64,000 nt of DNA, taken from NCBI GenBank assembly GCA_946497695.1, contig CAMMLJ010000007.1, positions 3,043-67,042 on the forward strand, written 5' to 3'. The number at the start of each line of letters is the position of its first letter. The first letter of the stretch is position 1. The translations under genes were made by a program, and so were the position numbers. This document shows, piece by piece, positions 9,128-18,276 of this stretch. The stretch comes from an uncultured Clostridium sp. (GTDB taxonomy: Bacteria > Bacillota > Clostridia > TANB77 > CAG-508). Under the pieces are notes generated by a model that saw only the letters and a list, made by a program, of their open reading frames with translations, was not told the origin of the DNA and did not search any database.

Positions 9128-11465
9128 TTTGTAACCTCTTTTCTATTACTTTAAAAATTCTATTAGCTATAAAATTATAAATTACACCTACAAATATTGA
9201 TGTTATCCCTAAAATAATTATTGGAACTATATTACTTGCGTCTAATCTTATAGAGAATAAATCTCTAAATAAACTTATACCTAATGTAAATATTGTAACA
9301 ACTCCTATAAATAATATAGCTCTACTAAAATTAAATGGTCTAGATATTTTAAATAGTAAAATGAATCCAGTTATTGCTGTTACTACAACACATACACTTG
9401 AATAATTTAATTCGTCTAAATTATATATACTACTAATTATCCCTATAATAACTATATTTGTAACTACTGTCAATGCTGTAGGTAATGCTCTTTTAATAAC
9501 ATTTATTATAAATTTTCCTTTTATTCTTTCTTTATTAGGCTCTAATGCTAAAACTACTGAAGGAATTCCCGTTACAACTAAATTTATTAAAGTTAATTGA
9601 ATTGGAATAAATGGATATGGCATATTTATAAATACAAATAAGACTGCAAGTATGGTTGCATATATTGTTTTTACTAAAAATAATGTGGCAGATCTTTGTA
9701 TATTATTTATTGTCCTTCGTCCTTCATCTACAATATTAGGCATAGATTTAAAATCTGAATCCATTAATACTAATTGTGATACATTTCTTGCTGCATCACT
9801 TCCGTTTGCAACAGATATACTACAATCCGCATTTTTTAATGCTAATACGTCATTTACTCCATCACCTGTCATTGCAACTGTATGTTTTTCTGCTTTTAAG
9901 GCAAGTATAATTTCTTTCTTTTGCTCTGGTGTAACTCTTCCAAAGATAGTATATCTAGTAGCTGCTTCTCTTAATTCTTCTATTGTTTTAAAAGTCCTTG
10001 CATCTATATAATTTTCATAATCTTTTACTCCTGCTTTTTTAGCTATATTAGAAACTGTTATTGGATTATCTCCAGAAATTAATTTTATAGCTACTCCTTG
10101 TTTATCAAAATATTCTAATATCTCTTTAGAATTTTTACGAATAACATCTGATATTAATATATAACCAACAATTTCTATATTAGATGGTAATTTATCTTCT
10201 ATTTTTTCTTTACTTCTGCCTATAGCTACAACCCTATATTCTGAAATATATTTTTCTATATCTTTAGGAGTATTTCCTATTACCTCTGGTGCACCTAATA
10301 TATATGTTATATCTTCAAAACTAATACCAGACCATTTATTAGCTGATTTAAATGGCTTTCTTGCTATAACTTTTAATTCTTTATTAGATGTAAATTTTTC
10401 TCTTACTGCTTCTATTGTAGAGTTTTTATCTTCTGAATACTTTCCTAAAATTCCAAGGATTTCTTTTAATTCATTTTCTGTGCAATCATTATATGGAATT
10501 ATCTTATCAACAGTCATTCTTCCTTCTGTAATAGTTCCTGTTTTATCAAGACATAACACATCTACTCTAGCTAATGTTTCTATACAATATAGTTCTTGAA
10601 CTAAGACTTTTTTCTTTGCAAGTCTAGTTACACTTACTGCTAGCACTGTACTTGTTAATAACACCAATCCCTCTGGTATCATACCTATTAAAGCTGCAAC
10701 TGTACTTACAATTGCTTGTTTAAAATCATTTCCTTGTAAATCTAACTGATTAAAGAATAATAATATTCCAACTGGAATTATTACTAAAGAAATTATTTTT
10801 ATTATTTTATTTAAAGAATTCATTATTTCAGAATTTACTTTTCGTTTTTGCTTTGCTTCATGAGATATCTGAGCTACATAGTTTTCCTTTCCAATATGTT
10901 CTACTTTTGCAAAACATTTTCCACTAACTAAGTAACTTCCAGATAATAATTTGTCGCCTTCTTTTTTTTCTATATTATCTGGTTCCCCTGTTAAAAGTGA
11001 CTCATTTACTTCTATTTCTCCATTTAGAATAACACTATCTGTTGGTATCTGATTTCCGGCATTTAATTCTATAACATCATCTAATACAAGTTCAAAATTA
11101 CTTATTTCTTCTGTTTTTCCTTCTCTTATTACTTTTGTTTTTGTTTGAGCCAAAAAAGATAGTTTATCAATTGTTCTTTTTGAATATATTTCTTGAATTG
11201 TACTTATTAATGTATTTAAAATTACAATTATTATAAATAATAAATTTTTATATGCACCTACAAGGAATATTAATAATGCTAAAACAAAATTCATTATATT
11301 AAATAACGTAAAAAAATTTGATATAATAATTGATCTTATACTTTTTGTTTTTACTGTTGTATCGACATTAATTAATTTTTCTTCTTTTCTTTTATTTACC
11401 TGTTCATGATTTAAACCTGTTTTATAATCTGGATTATATCTTTGCACTTTTTTCACTCTTTTCAA
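9120..11465 (-). CDS. Cation-transporting P-type ATPase (HAD-IC family)
   Basis: LTGEPD (actuator TGE), MIPEGL, CLDKTGTITEG (phosphorylation site DKTGT), MTGDGVNDVLALKNAD. Confidence 0.92.
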   Translation of the reverse strand: MKRVKKVQRYNPDYKTGLNHEQVNKRKEEKLINVDTTVKTKSIRSIIISNFFTLFNIMNFVLALLIFLVGAYKNLLFIIIVILNTLISTIQEIYSKRTIDKLSFLAQTKTKVIREGKTEEISNFELVLDDVIELNAGNQIPTDSVILNGEIEVNESLLTGEPDNIEKKEGDKLLSGSYLVSGKCFAKVEHIGKENYVAQISHEAKQKRKVNSEIMNSLNKIIKIISLVIIPVGILLFFNQLDLQGNDFKQAIVSTVAALIGMIPEGLVLLTSTVLAVSVTRLAKKKVLVQELYCIETLARVDVLCLDKTGTITEGRMTVDKIIPYNDCTENELKEILGILGKYSEDKNSTIEAVREKFTSNKELKVIARKPFKSANKWSGISFEDITYILGAPEVIGNTPKDIEKYISEYRVVAIGRSKEKIEDKLPSNIEIVGYILISDVIRKNSKEILEYFDKQGVAIKLISGDNPITVSNIAKKAGVKDYENYIDARTFKTIEELREAATRYTIFGRVTPEQKKEIILALKAEKHTVAMTGDGVNDVLALKNADCSISVANGSDAARNVSQLVLMDSDFKSMPNIVDEGRRTINNIQRSATLFLVKTIYATILAVLFVFINMPYPFIPIQLTLINLVVTGIPSVVLALEPNKERIKGKFIINVIKRALPTALTVVTNIVIIGIISSIYNLDELNYSSVCVVVTAITGFILLFKISRPFNFSRAILFIGVVTIFTLGISLFRDLFSIRLDASNIVPIIILGITSIFVGVIYNFIANRIFKVIEKRLQND

Positions 11466-11602
11466 TTTTTTTACAAATTATATCATGTCATTATATCTAT
11501 ATCAATTTAGATTTTCTTAATTTTTATATAATATTTTTATAATATTAAACTGAGGTCGAAAAATTCGATTTTGTGTCCACAGTTATAATTGGTCAAAGCC
11601 AA

Positions 11603-11646
11603 TGAAAAGACCTCAGATATTACTTTCGCAACATCTGAGGCTTTTT
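11603..11646 (-). terminator. Rho-independent terminator after the 152-aa ORF
   Basis: Minus strand: CCTCAGAT-gttgcgaaagtaat-ATCTGAGG followed by TCTTTTC. A third copy of the arm (ctgaggtc, 11551..11558) allows an alternative pairing. Confidence 0.5.
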
Positions 11647-12105
11647 CTAACTTTCTTTCGGATAATTTACCATTATGACAGCGGTTATCGGATCTCCTAA
11701 TATAATTGCATCACAAACATAGACATTGCCATAATTGAATATTTTATCATCCAAAATGTACAGTCTTAATGGACATTCTTCTGGATTTTTTCCGTCTTGC
11801 ATTTCATAATCCAGTTTTCCAGCTTCAAAGCCCTGGATATACATTGGCTGTGCCGGAACAGGTGGCGTCTTACTCCACCCCATAATAACTTTCTTATCTC
11901 TATCTCTTGTTTTATTATAAATCTTATACGAGATATAGTAAGTTCCTCCTTCATCTTCCAACAAATTTAAATTCTCTGTCAGATGGAGTGTTTTAATCGT
12001 AGAAATCATATGTTGTTCCCGTTGACTATTAATCCCAATGATTGTTATTAACATCTGATTTCCAAGCTCTTCGTCGGTGTAGCACATTTGTGCTTTTGTT
12101 GTCAT
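11647..12105 (-). CDS. Hypothetical protein (no recognisable family)
   Basis: 152-aa ORF with a non-repetitive, balanced composition and a terminator downstream. It lies in a locally G+C-richer segment. Confidence 0.5.
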   Translation of the reverse strand: MTTKAQMCYTDEELGNQMLITIIGINSQREQHMISTIKTLHLTENLNLLEDEGGTYYISYKIYNKTRDRDKKVIMGWSKTPPVPAQPMYIQGFEAGKLDYEMQDGKNPEECPLRLYILDDKIFNYGNVYVCDAIILGDPITAVIMVNYPKES

Positions 12106-12258
12106 AAACTTGTACCTCCTTGGTTTTTATATGCTTTTATTATATCACAATTTTTATTCTTAGTAAACTATTATTCTATATTATGTTTACCTTTTTTCAT
12201 TTTTGTAGTATAATTAAAGTATGCCATTGGGTAAAGTTGAAGAAAGGGAGGTAAAAAA

Positions 12259-13014
12259 ATGGCTAAAACAATAGATAAAATTCGGATAGGAGTATCTGAA
12301 AATGATTGTGATGTGAACAATGCAATCTGCGATACATTAAACTGCTTAGCAGATCCAAGTTCCCTGAACGGTTTCAAATTTAATATAAAGGAGGAATGTC
12401 TTACTATTTCAGTTTATAGATGTCGAAACAGTTTTTCCTCTTTTGAGGTAGCTTTTAAAACGACATCATTGGAAGAAGAAAAAATCCTGGCTATGAATGC
12501 ACTATTCAGACAGTGTATTCCTTATTTTAAATATGAACCAGATGAAAATGAAATATCAATTTTGTTGGTAAAGGAATATAATATTCCAGATATTCCTCTC
12601 CATAAAACATCAAATCTTTCTCGGGAACGTACAAGTTATATAATGGCTTTAAGAAAGCCTTTCCCGATGTTAAAGTCAATTGTTCATTTGCTGAACTTAT
12701 TAAAAATCAAAAAAATTTTGACAATTAACAAACATTTATTGTCAATTTCAGCAATAGGACACAACATTGCAATCAATGTAAAGTTTCATGTTCTCCATTC
12801 AAGTGGAAACATGAATCTTCCTGCATTTTGTAGTAAGTTTAACTATTTATCTGCTTTGGGCTTAGCAGACTTTGATTTTGAAGTATTAAAACTAGATTCT
12901 CAATCAGCAGAATTATTGCAGATAACGATTTATGTGCCTGAGGATGAAGAACACAAAAAGAAATATAATGAAACAGTTGAACTTTTAGATTCGATTTCGA
13001 GTTTTATTGAATAA
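12259..13014 (+). CDS. Hypothetical protein (no recognisable family)
   Basis: 251-aa ORF with GGGAGG 9 nt upstream of the ATG (aagggaggtaaaaaaATG) and a strong terminator downstream. Confidence 0.55.
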   Translation: MAKTIDKIRIGVSENDCDVNNAICDTLNCLADPSSLNGFKFNIKEECLTISVYRCRNSFSSFEVAFKTTSLEEEKILAMNALFRQCIPYFKYEPDENEISILLVKEYNIPDIPLHKTSNLSRERTSYIMALRKPFPMLKSIVHLLNLLKIKKILTINKHLLSISAIGHNIAINVKFHVLHSSGNMNLPAFCSKFNYLSALGLADFDFEVLKLDSQSAELLQITIYVPEDEEHKKKYNETVELLDSISSFIE

Positions 13015-13026
13015 TTTCACCTCTAA

Positions 13027-13069
13027 AAACCCTTTCACACATTCAAGTGTGAAAGGGTTTCTTCTTTTT
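13027..13069 (+). terminator. Rho-independent terminator
   Basis: AAACCCTTTCACAC-attcaa-GTGTGAAAGGGTTT followed by CTTCTTTTT. Confidence 0.8.
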
Positions 13070-13149
13070 ATACCAAATATGCTAAAATTATATTATTCAA
13101 ATATTAGTGTGTCAAATTTATAGTTACTTACTTTGAACAATTACTTCTT

Positions 13150-14970
13150 TTATTCAAGTTCAAAGTTTAAAGATATATTATCAATTTTCTCTTTATATGT
13201 ATATCCATTCAGTTCAATCAAATATTTGTCCAAAATCCCAATATATGCTTTATCTGCAATATATCTCTCTTTTTGAAACCATATAGACATTGGATTTCTG
13301 ATGTAATCCATGAAATCTTCTATATTTAACTCTATTTTTTCTTTGTTAAAATATGGATATTTCTTCAAATTATATCCTTTTAATACATATATCTTTTTAT
13401 CTCTTCTTATATCTACACATAATTCTGTTTTTTCAAAAAAATTCGTAATATTTCTATAATTACTAATTATTAAATTGTCTTTTACTATCGTCTCACCTAG
13501 ATAATTTGAATATAATAATACTTTATATACTTTTTTTGGTTTCCATTTATTGGATTTATCTAATTTTTTTAATATATAACCTAAATTTTGAACATAAAAA
13601 TCATATATTTTATTAAGCTGTAAAATATGTTCATCCATTTTTTTATAAAATCTATACCATTCTAAATATGATAATGGTTGGAATTCATTCTTTAGCTCAC
13701 AAATAAATAAACAATCATCAAAAATAAATGACATATCACATTCTTTTTGCACTATTTTACATGAACATTTTTTTATTCCAATTTCTTCAAATTCCTTTCT
13801 AACTTTACTTTCGAAGTACGAACCCTTAAAATTCAACTGATAATTATTTGCATTAAATATATGTATTAAAACTTCATGTATATCTATAGTTGCAACAAAA
13901 CTTGGAATTGTTATATATAAATTACCATATTTTATTATTGGATGTTCCCTTATATCTTTATCTTCACTTTTGAAAGTAAGTTCTTCTATAATTTTCCTTG
14001 ATTTTTCCTCTCTGAACCCATGATTTTTAAATAATTCTATCCATTCATTCAAAGTTTTTACCATAAGTGTATATCTATTATTTTGCCAATATATTAAATT
14101 AACTTTAACAAGTATAATAAATATCTTTATCCATTCATCTATTGTAAAATATTTTCCCATTAATATAGACAAATCATCTGTCATAAAAAAATTTTTCATT
14201 TTTTCTCTATAAACTTTTTCATCTTTATATAAAATTGAACCTTCGTCCTCTTTATCATCAAATTCGTCTGTAAGAAATAAATTATTAACATTATGTTTAT
14301 CATAAAAATCCTGACATGCAATTACTCTACTAAGCACAGTATGTTCTTCATTGAAATTTAATTTTATTAACTTTCCTTCTTTTTTCAGATCTACAAAATT
14401 ATATTTGTACATGTCTAATATTTCTATTACTTTTTCATAAGCAGAAAAAGCATCTAATCTCTTATATAAAGATTCTAATAAAACAACATCTATATTTAAT
14501 CTTTTAATTCTATTAGCTAAATTAATGTTCTTTCTTGCATTTATAAAATATTTTATTGCCTTATTAAAATATTCTATAATTAACTCTCTTACATTTGCAA
14601 AGTTTTCATTATTGTCTAAGCAATATTCTGAAAATATAAAATGTAAATGTAACATTAATATAATTCCGCCTAATGCATCACTTCTCTTTATTTCATTAAC
14701 AAAAAAACTTTCTCTTTTTATAATTCTATTAATGTCATTATATAATTCATTTGATATTTTATAATTATTAAACATTTTAACATTTTCTTGATTTACTTTT
14801 TCTTTAATAATTAAGTAAAGTTTTTTATACTTTTTATCATTTAAATCTATACCGTTAAATTTAATCAGTTCTATAATTTCTTCCAATTGAAGTTCTTCTA
14901 ATTTTTTTACCTCTTTTTGATTTTCACCATTTAATATTTTACTATATCTTATAATATCTTTGTATTTCAT
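13150..14970 (-). CDS. Hypothetical 606-aa protein with a possible C-terminal PD-(D/E)xK nuclease core
   Basis: GSYFESKVRKEFEEIGIKK..ECDMSFIFDDCLFICELKNEF fits E...D-x(n)-E-x-K spacing (NERD/restriction-endonuclease-like). The rest is unrecognisable. Confidence 0.45.
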   Translation of the reverse strand: MKYKDIIRYSKILNGENQKEVKKLEELQLEEIIELIKFNGIDLNDKKYKKLYLIIKEKVNQENVKMFNNYKISNELYNDINRIIKRESFFVNEIKRSDALGGIILMLHLHFIFSEYCLDNNENFANVRELIIEYFNKAIKYFINARKNINLANRIKRLNIDVVLLESLYKRLDAFSAYEKVIEILDMYKYNFVDLKKEGKLIKLNFNEEHTVLSRVIACQDFYDKHNVNNLFLTDEFDDKEDEGSILYKDEKVYREKMKNFFMTDDLSILMGKYFTIDEWIKIFIILVKVNLIYWQNNRYTLMVKTLNEWIELFKNHGFREEKSRKIIEELTFKSEDKDIREHPIIKYGNLYITIPSFVATIDIHEVLIHIFNANNYQLNFKGSYFESKVRKEFEEIGIKKCSCKIVQKECDMSFIFDDCLFICELKNEFQPLSYLEWYRFYKKMDEHILQLNKIYDFYVQNLGYILKKLDKSNKWKPKKVYKVLLYSNYLGETIVKDNLIISNYRNITNFFEKTELCVDIRRDKKIYVLKGYNLKKYPYFNKEKIELNIEDFMDYIRNPMSIWFQKERYIADKAYIGILDKYLIELNGYTYKEKIDNISLNFELE

Positions 14971-14979
14971 ATAACTCCT

Positions 14980-15591
14980 TTAATATCTTCCAATTTTTAT
15001 TATTGTTCCATTCTTACATTTTTTTACAATACCATATTTTATTATCGTTTTTTGTATAGCATTTAATTGCTTCAACAATTCTTCATATGTTATTTTTAAT
15101 TCTTCAGCTACAATTTTCATTCCTTCTTTCCTATCTATTTCGATAAATTCTATATTTTTCCATATGCATTTTACTATAATAGATTGCATCTTTATCTGTT
15201 CAAAATTACTTTCAAATTTTTCTTCTTTGGTTTCTAGTACAAAATTATTCATATTATTGATTATATATTTGGTAATATTACATTTTTCTCTTATGAGCTT
15301 TTTACATTCATTTAATATGATATATTTACATCTTACTTTTATAAGTGAAAATAACAGTTTTTCATCAAATAAGAAATTCTTTTCAATTATTCCACATGTT
15401 GTAATTATTTTTTCTAATGCTGTATCAACAAATTCTTCTTCCATAAATCCAAAATTATATAAAGTTGTATATTTTTTTGTACAACATCTACATATCTTCA
15501 GGATTGTATGAAAGTATTTGTTTATAAAGTTATAACTTAATGGATGCTCCTCACCTATATATAATTTTCCAATAGTATTTAAAGCTTGCAA
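14980..15591 (-). CDS. Hypothetical 203-aa protein, weakly sigma-70/HTH-like at the C-terminus
   Basis: EGMKIVAEELKITYEELLKQLNAIQKTI resembles a region-4.2-type HTH. The size and K/I/N-rich composition recall TcdR/UviA-type small sigma factors. Low confidence. Confidence 0.35.
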   Translation of the reverse strand: MQALNTIGKLYIGEEHPLSYNFINKYFHTILKICRCCTKKYTTLYNFGFMEEEFVDTALEKIITTCGIIEKNFLFDEKLLFSLIKVRCKYIILNECKKLIREKCNITKYIINNMNNFVLETKEEKFESNFEQIKMQSIIVKCIWKNIEFIEIDRKEGMKIVAEELKITYEELLKQLNAIQKTIIKYGIVKKCKNGTIIKIGRY

Positions 15592-15645
15592 ATCAAATTT
15601 ATATCTTTTTTCACTACTCGAAATATTTTTTAATAATTCTTCTAT

Positions 15646-16290
15646 TTATATCTCAAAATATTTACTCTTTAACATTAATTGTTTTTTTGTATAAAATTTA
15701 TCTAATTCATAATATTTAAAATCCATTTTTAATAAAAATATTTTTCTTATAGTTTCATTTACAACAATTCTTGTCTTTTTAATTTTGTTATTACATAAAT
15801 TTGAAAAGTTCCTATTGCTTATTGTTAATGTGTCTTTAATAATTTGAGTATTAATTCCTTCTATTAAATTTATTTTTTCTAATTGCTCTTTAGTAAGATA
15901 ATCATAATTCTTTATTAGGTTAATAATTTGTTTCTGTAAATTTAAAGTATTTTCTTTTTCTTTAATATTATTCTTTATCTTTAAAAATTCCTGATACTCT
16001 ATATACCAATTTTGTTCGATACTATCTTTATTAATTTTATTATTTACTAAATAATATATATTAATTAATTCCCTATCTGTATATATTTTTACTTTAAATC
16101 TTTTTTTATTAAAAAAACTTTTAATATTAATATATTCTTTTATTGGAACTATTCCTAAAATTTTTATTAAATCTTTTATATTTAAACTATGTCTTTGTGC
16201 TATATTTTTTAAAAATTGATGATTTATTATTGTTCCATGTTTTATATTATGTTCTTGTACTATTACTTTTAACAACTTAGATTTTAACAT
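15646..16290 (-). CDS. Hypothetical 214-aa protein (possible HTH segments)
   Basis: First gene of the three-gene minus-strand unit. NIAQRHSLNIKDLIKILG is HTH-like. No family recognised. Confidence 0.35.
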   Translation of the reverse strand: MLKSKLLKVIVQEHNIKHGTIINHQFLKNIAQRHSLNIKDLIKILGIVPIKEYINIKSFFNKKRFKVKIYTDRELINIYYLVNNKINKDSIEQNWYIEYQEFLKIKNNIKEKENTLNLQKQIINLIKNYDYLTKEQLEKINLIEGINTQIIKDTLTISNRNFSNLCNNKIKKTRIVVNETIRKIFLLKMDFKYYELDKFYTKKQLMLKSKYFEI

Positions 16291-16525
16291 TTTACTTCTC
16301 CATATTTTTAAATATATAATTATTAACTAATATTTCATTTCTTTTGTATGAAGTATAATATTTTTAATATTATAGTAAACATTTATCTATTTGTCTAATG
16401 TTATTTATTTCAAGATAGATTAACAATAAAAAGCTTAAATTTTTTATTTACATAGTCTATTTTTCATAACTTATGACATTTTATTTTGTATGTGTTCTTC
16501 CAAAATTATATACAACAAATTTTAA

Positions 16526-16578
16526 ATAAAAAAAGCTCCTATTTATTGAATCTTAATCTAACAAAATTCAATAAATAG
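16526..16578 (-). terminator. Rho-independent terminator downstream of spo0A
   Basis: Minus strand: CTATTTATTGAAT-14-nt loop-ATTCAATAAATAG followed by GAGCTTTTTTTATTT. Confidence 0.65.
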
Positions 16579-16695
16579 AAGATAATTTTTCACTATTATA
16601 TAATTAACAAATTCCAAAATTAGTTTATCTACTTGAAATAACGCTCTTATTATAAAATATATACCGAATAATATTTCATACATCTATGTGATATA

Positions 16696-17511
16696 TTAAG
16701 CAGATTTTAATTCTAGTCTTAACTTATCTGCAATCATTGCAATAAATTCACTATTTGTTGGTTTGCCTTTTGTAGCAGATACAGTATATCCAAATATATT
16801 TTCTACTTCATCTGCTTTTCCTCTACTCCATGCGACTTCTATTGCATGACGAATTGCACGTTCTACTCTACTTGGTGTTGTGTGAAATTTTTTAGCTATG
16901 TCAGGATATAATTGTTTTGTTATTTGATTTATTACTTCTATATCGTTTACTACCATCATAATTGCTTCTCTTAAATATTGATATCCTTTTATATGTGCTG
17001 GAACGCCTACTTCATGTATTAGGTTAGTTACTAATGCTTCTAAATTTCTTTCATCTTTCTTATTCTCTGGAGATATATCTATGTATTGTGGTTTGCTTTC
17101 TCTGGCAATAAAATTATTATTTTGACTCGGTTGATAATATTTTAAATCTCTTATTCTTTTTATTAAAAGTTCTATGTCAAATGGTTTTACAACATAATAT
17201 TGTGCACCTAATGATATAGCCTTTTGCGTAATTTTATCTTGACCTACTGCAGATAACATTATACTTATTGGTTTTTTTGTCATTGTTGTTTCATTAAGCT
17301 TTTCTAAAACTCCTATCCCATCTAAATGTGGCATTATTACATCTAATAATAAAATATCTGGATGAGTTCCTTTAATAATTTCAAAAGCTTCATTACCATC
17401 CTTTGCAATACCTACAACTTCAATATCTTCCATTTTCTCTAAATATGCTGATAAAGTCCTTGTAAAATCAATATTATCATCAGCAATTAATATAGTAATT
17501 TTTTCTTTCAA
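16696..17511 (-). CDS. spo0A: Stage 0 sporulation master regulator Spo0A
   Basis: Receiver domain ILIADDN...[19 protein letters not shown], plus the Spo0A-specific C-terminal effector domain [19 protein letters not shown]....[24 protein letters not shown] start with GGGGGAAG upstream. Confidence 0.97.
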   Translation of the reverse strand: MKEKITILIADDNIDFTRTLSAYLEKMEDIEVVGIAKDGNEAFEIIKGTHPDILLLDVIMPHLDGIGVLEKLNETTMTKKPISIMLSAVGQDKITQKAISLGAQYYVVKPFDIELLIKRIRDLKYYQPSQNNNFIARESKPQYIDISPENKKDERNLEALVTNLIHEVGVPAHIKGYQYLREAIMMVVNDIEVINQITKQLYPDIAKKFHTTPSRVERAIRHAIEVAWSRGKADEVENIFGYTVSATKGKPTNSEFIAMIADKLRLELKSA

Positions 17512-17658
17512 TTTTCTTCCCCCTACTGTTAAATTTTGTAAATTATTTACAATTCAAATTATATCCTCTTTTTCCAATTTTTGCAAGTACTTTTTGGAAA
17601 TTTTTTCAAGTTAAGTTGGAAGATTTTGTATTTTTCTAGAAAAAATCACTATTTCGTA

Positions 17659-18276
17659 TTATATAAATTTTTCTTGTATAATCTTATAATTTAAATAATC
17701 AAAATTTAATTTTTCTTTGTTCTCAAATATCTCTTTTTCTCCTTTTTTAAACTCTATTTTAACACTTACATTTTCCAAATAATCTATGTTTATAATTTTT
17801 ATCTCTTTTTTCTTACAAAAATATCTTAACTTTTCTAACTCTTTATATTCTACCTCTATTATTGCAACATAACCTTCTTTTTTTAATATTATATTGCTTT
17901 TTTCTATTACATCTTGCATACTTTGTGAATATGCTCTTACCAATCCACCCGTTCCTAGCAATATTCCTCCAAAATATCTTGTTACTATAACTAATATATT
18001 ACATAAATTCTCTTTCTTTAATATATTAAGCATTGGCGCTCCTGCTGTACCAGATGGTTCTCCATCATCACTGCTTCTATCTATTACATTTTCTCCACTT
18101 AATACTCTATAAGCATAACAATTATGTCTTGCATCATGATATTTTTTTCTAATCTGTTCTAGTATATCTTCTGCTTCCTCTATTGTGCTAACATAAAATA
18201 TATTTGCTATAAATTTTGATTTTTTCACTATTAATTCACTTGTTGCTTGTTTTTCTATAGTATTAAATTCTTTCAT
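17659..18276 (-). CDS. yigZ: YigZ/IMPACT-family protein (UPF0029)
   Basis: SKFIANI..V.T.EEA..IL..IRKKYHDARHNCYAYR....DDGEPSGTAGAPML is the family signature. Confidence 0.85.
   Translation of the reverse strand: MKEFNTIEKQATSELIVKKSKFIANIFYVSTIEEAEDILEQIRKKYHDARHNCYAYRVLSGENVIDRSSDDGEPSGTAGAPMLNILKKENLCNILVIVTRYFGGILLGTGGLVRAYSQSMQDVIEKSNIILKKEGYVAIIEVEYKELEKLRYFCKKKEIKIINIDYLENVSVKIEFKKGEKEIFENKEKLNFDYLNYKIIQEKFI

Noticed and set aside
9652-10011. Representative of the many L/F/I/S-rich ORFs on the strand opposite well-supported genes. Others include 6600..6806, 6972..7364, 18649..18930, 19927..20205, 31659..32138, 37786..38340, 38448..38726, 43978..44181, 47264..47716, 50286..50774, 51117..51524, 57399..57695, 61687..62172 and 62705..63049.
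   Set aside because: Long stop-free antisense frames are expected in genes with this codon bias. None has an RBS or a recognisable motif, and all are embedded in homology-supported genes.
11551-11646. Three copies of a CTGAGG arm that can form alternative hairpins upstream of the P-type ATPase, considered as a metal riboswitch (M-box or yybP-ykoY).
   Set aside because: I could not recognise the conserved cores of those riboswitches. The 3'-most hairpin plus T-tract is explained more simply as the terminator of the upstream 152-aa ORF. It is left as a note under the 11.5-13.1 kb insert.
12171-12377. 68-aa minus-strand ORF overlapping the start of the 251-aa plus-strand ORF.
   Set aside because: It overlaps the RBS and 5' end of the longer, better-supported ORF and has no RBS of its own.
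13150-16290. I considered whether the orphan three-gene unit is a prophage remnant.
   Set aside because: No integrase, terminase, capsid, tail or lysis genes and no att-like repeats are visible. It is kept as an unexplained operon under findings.
17512-17658. I looked for the sigma-H-type promoter expected upstream of spo0A (AGGA...GAAT).
   Set aside because: The only AGGA/GAAT pair (aaagAGGAtataatttGAATtg on the minus strand) is about 8 nt apart, whereas the consensus spacing is about 17-18 nt. No convincing promoter could be called by eye.
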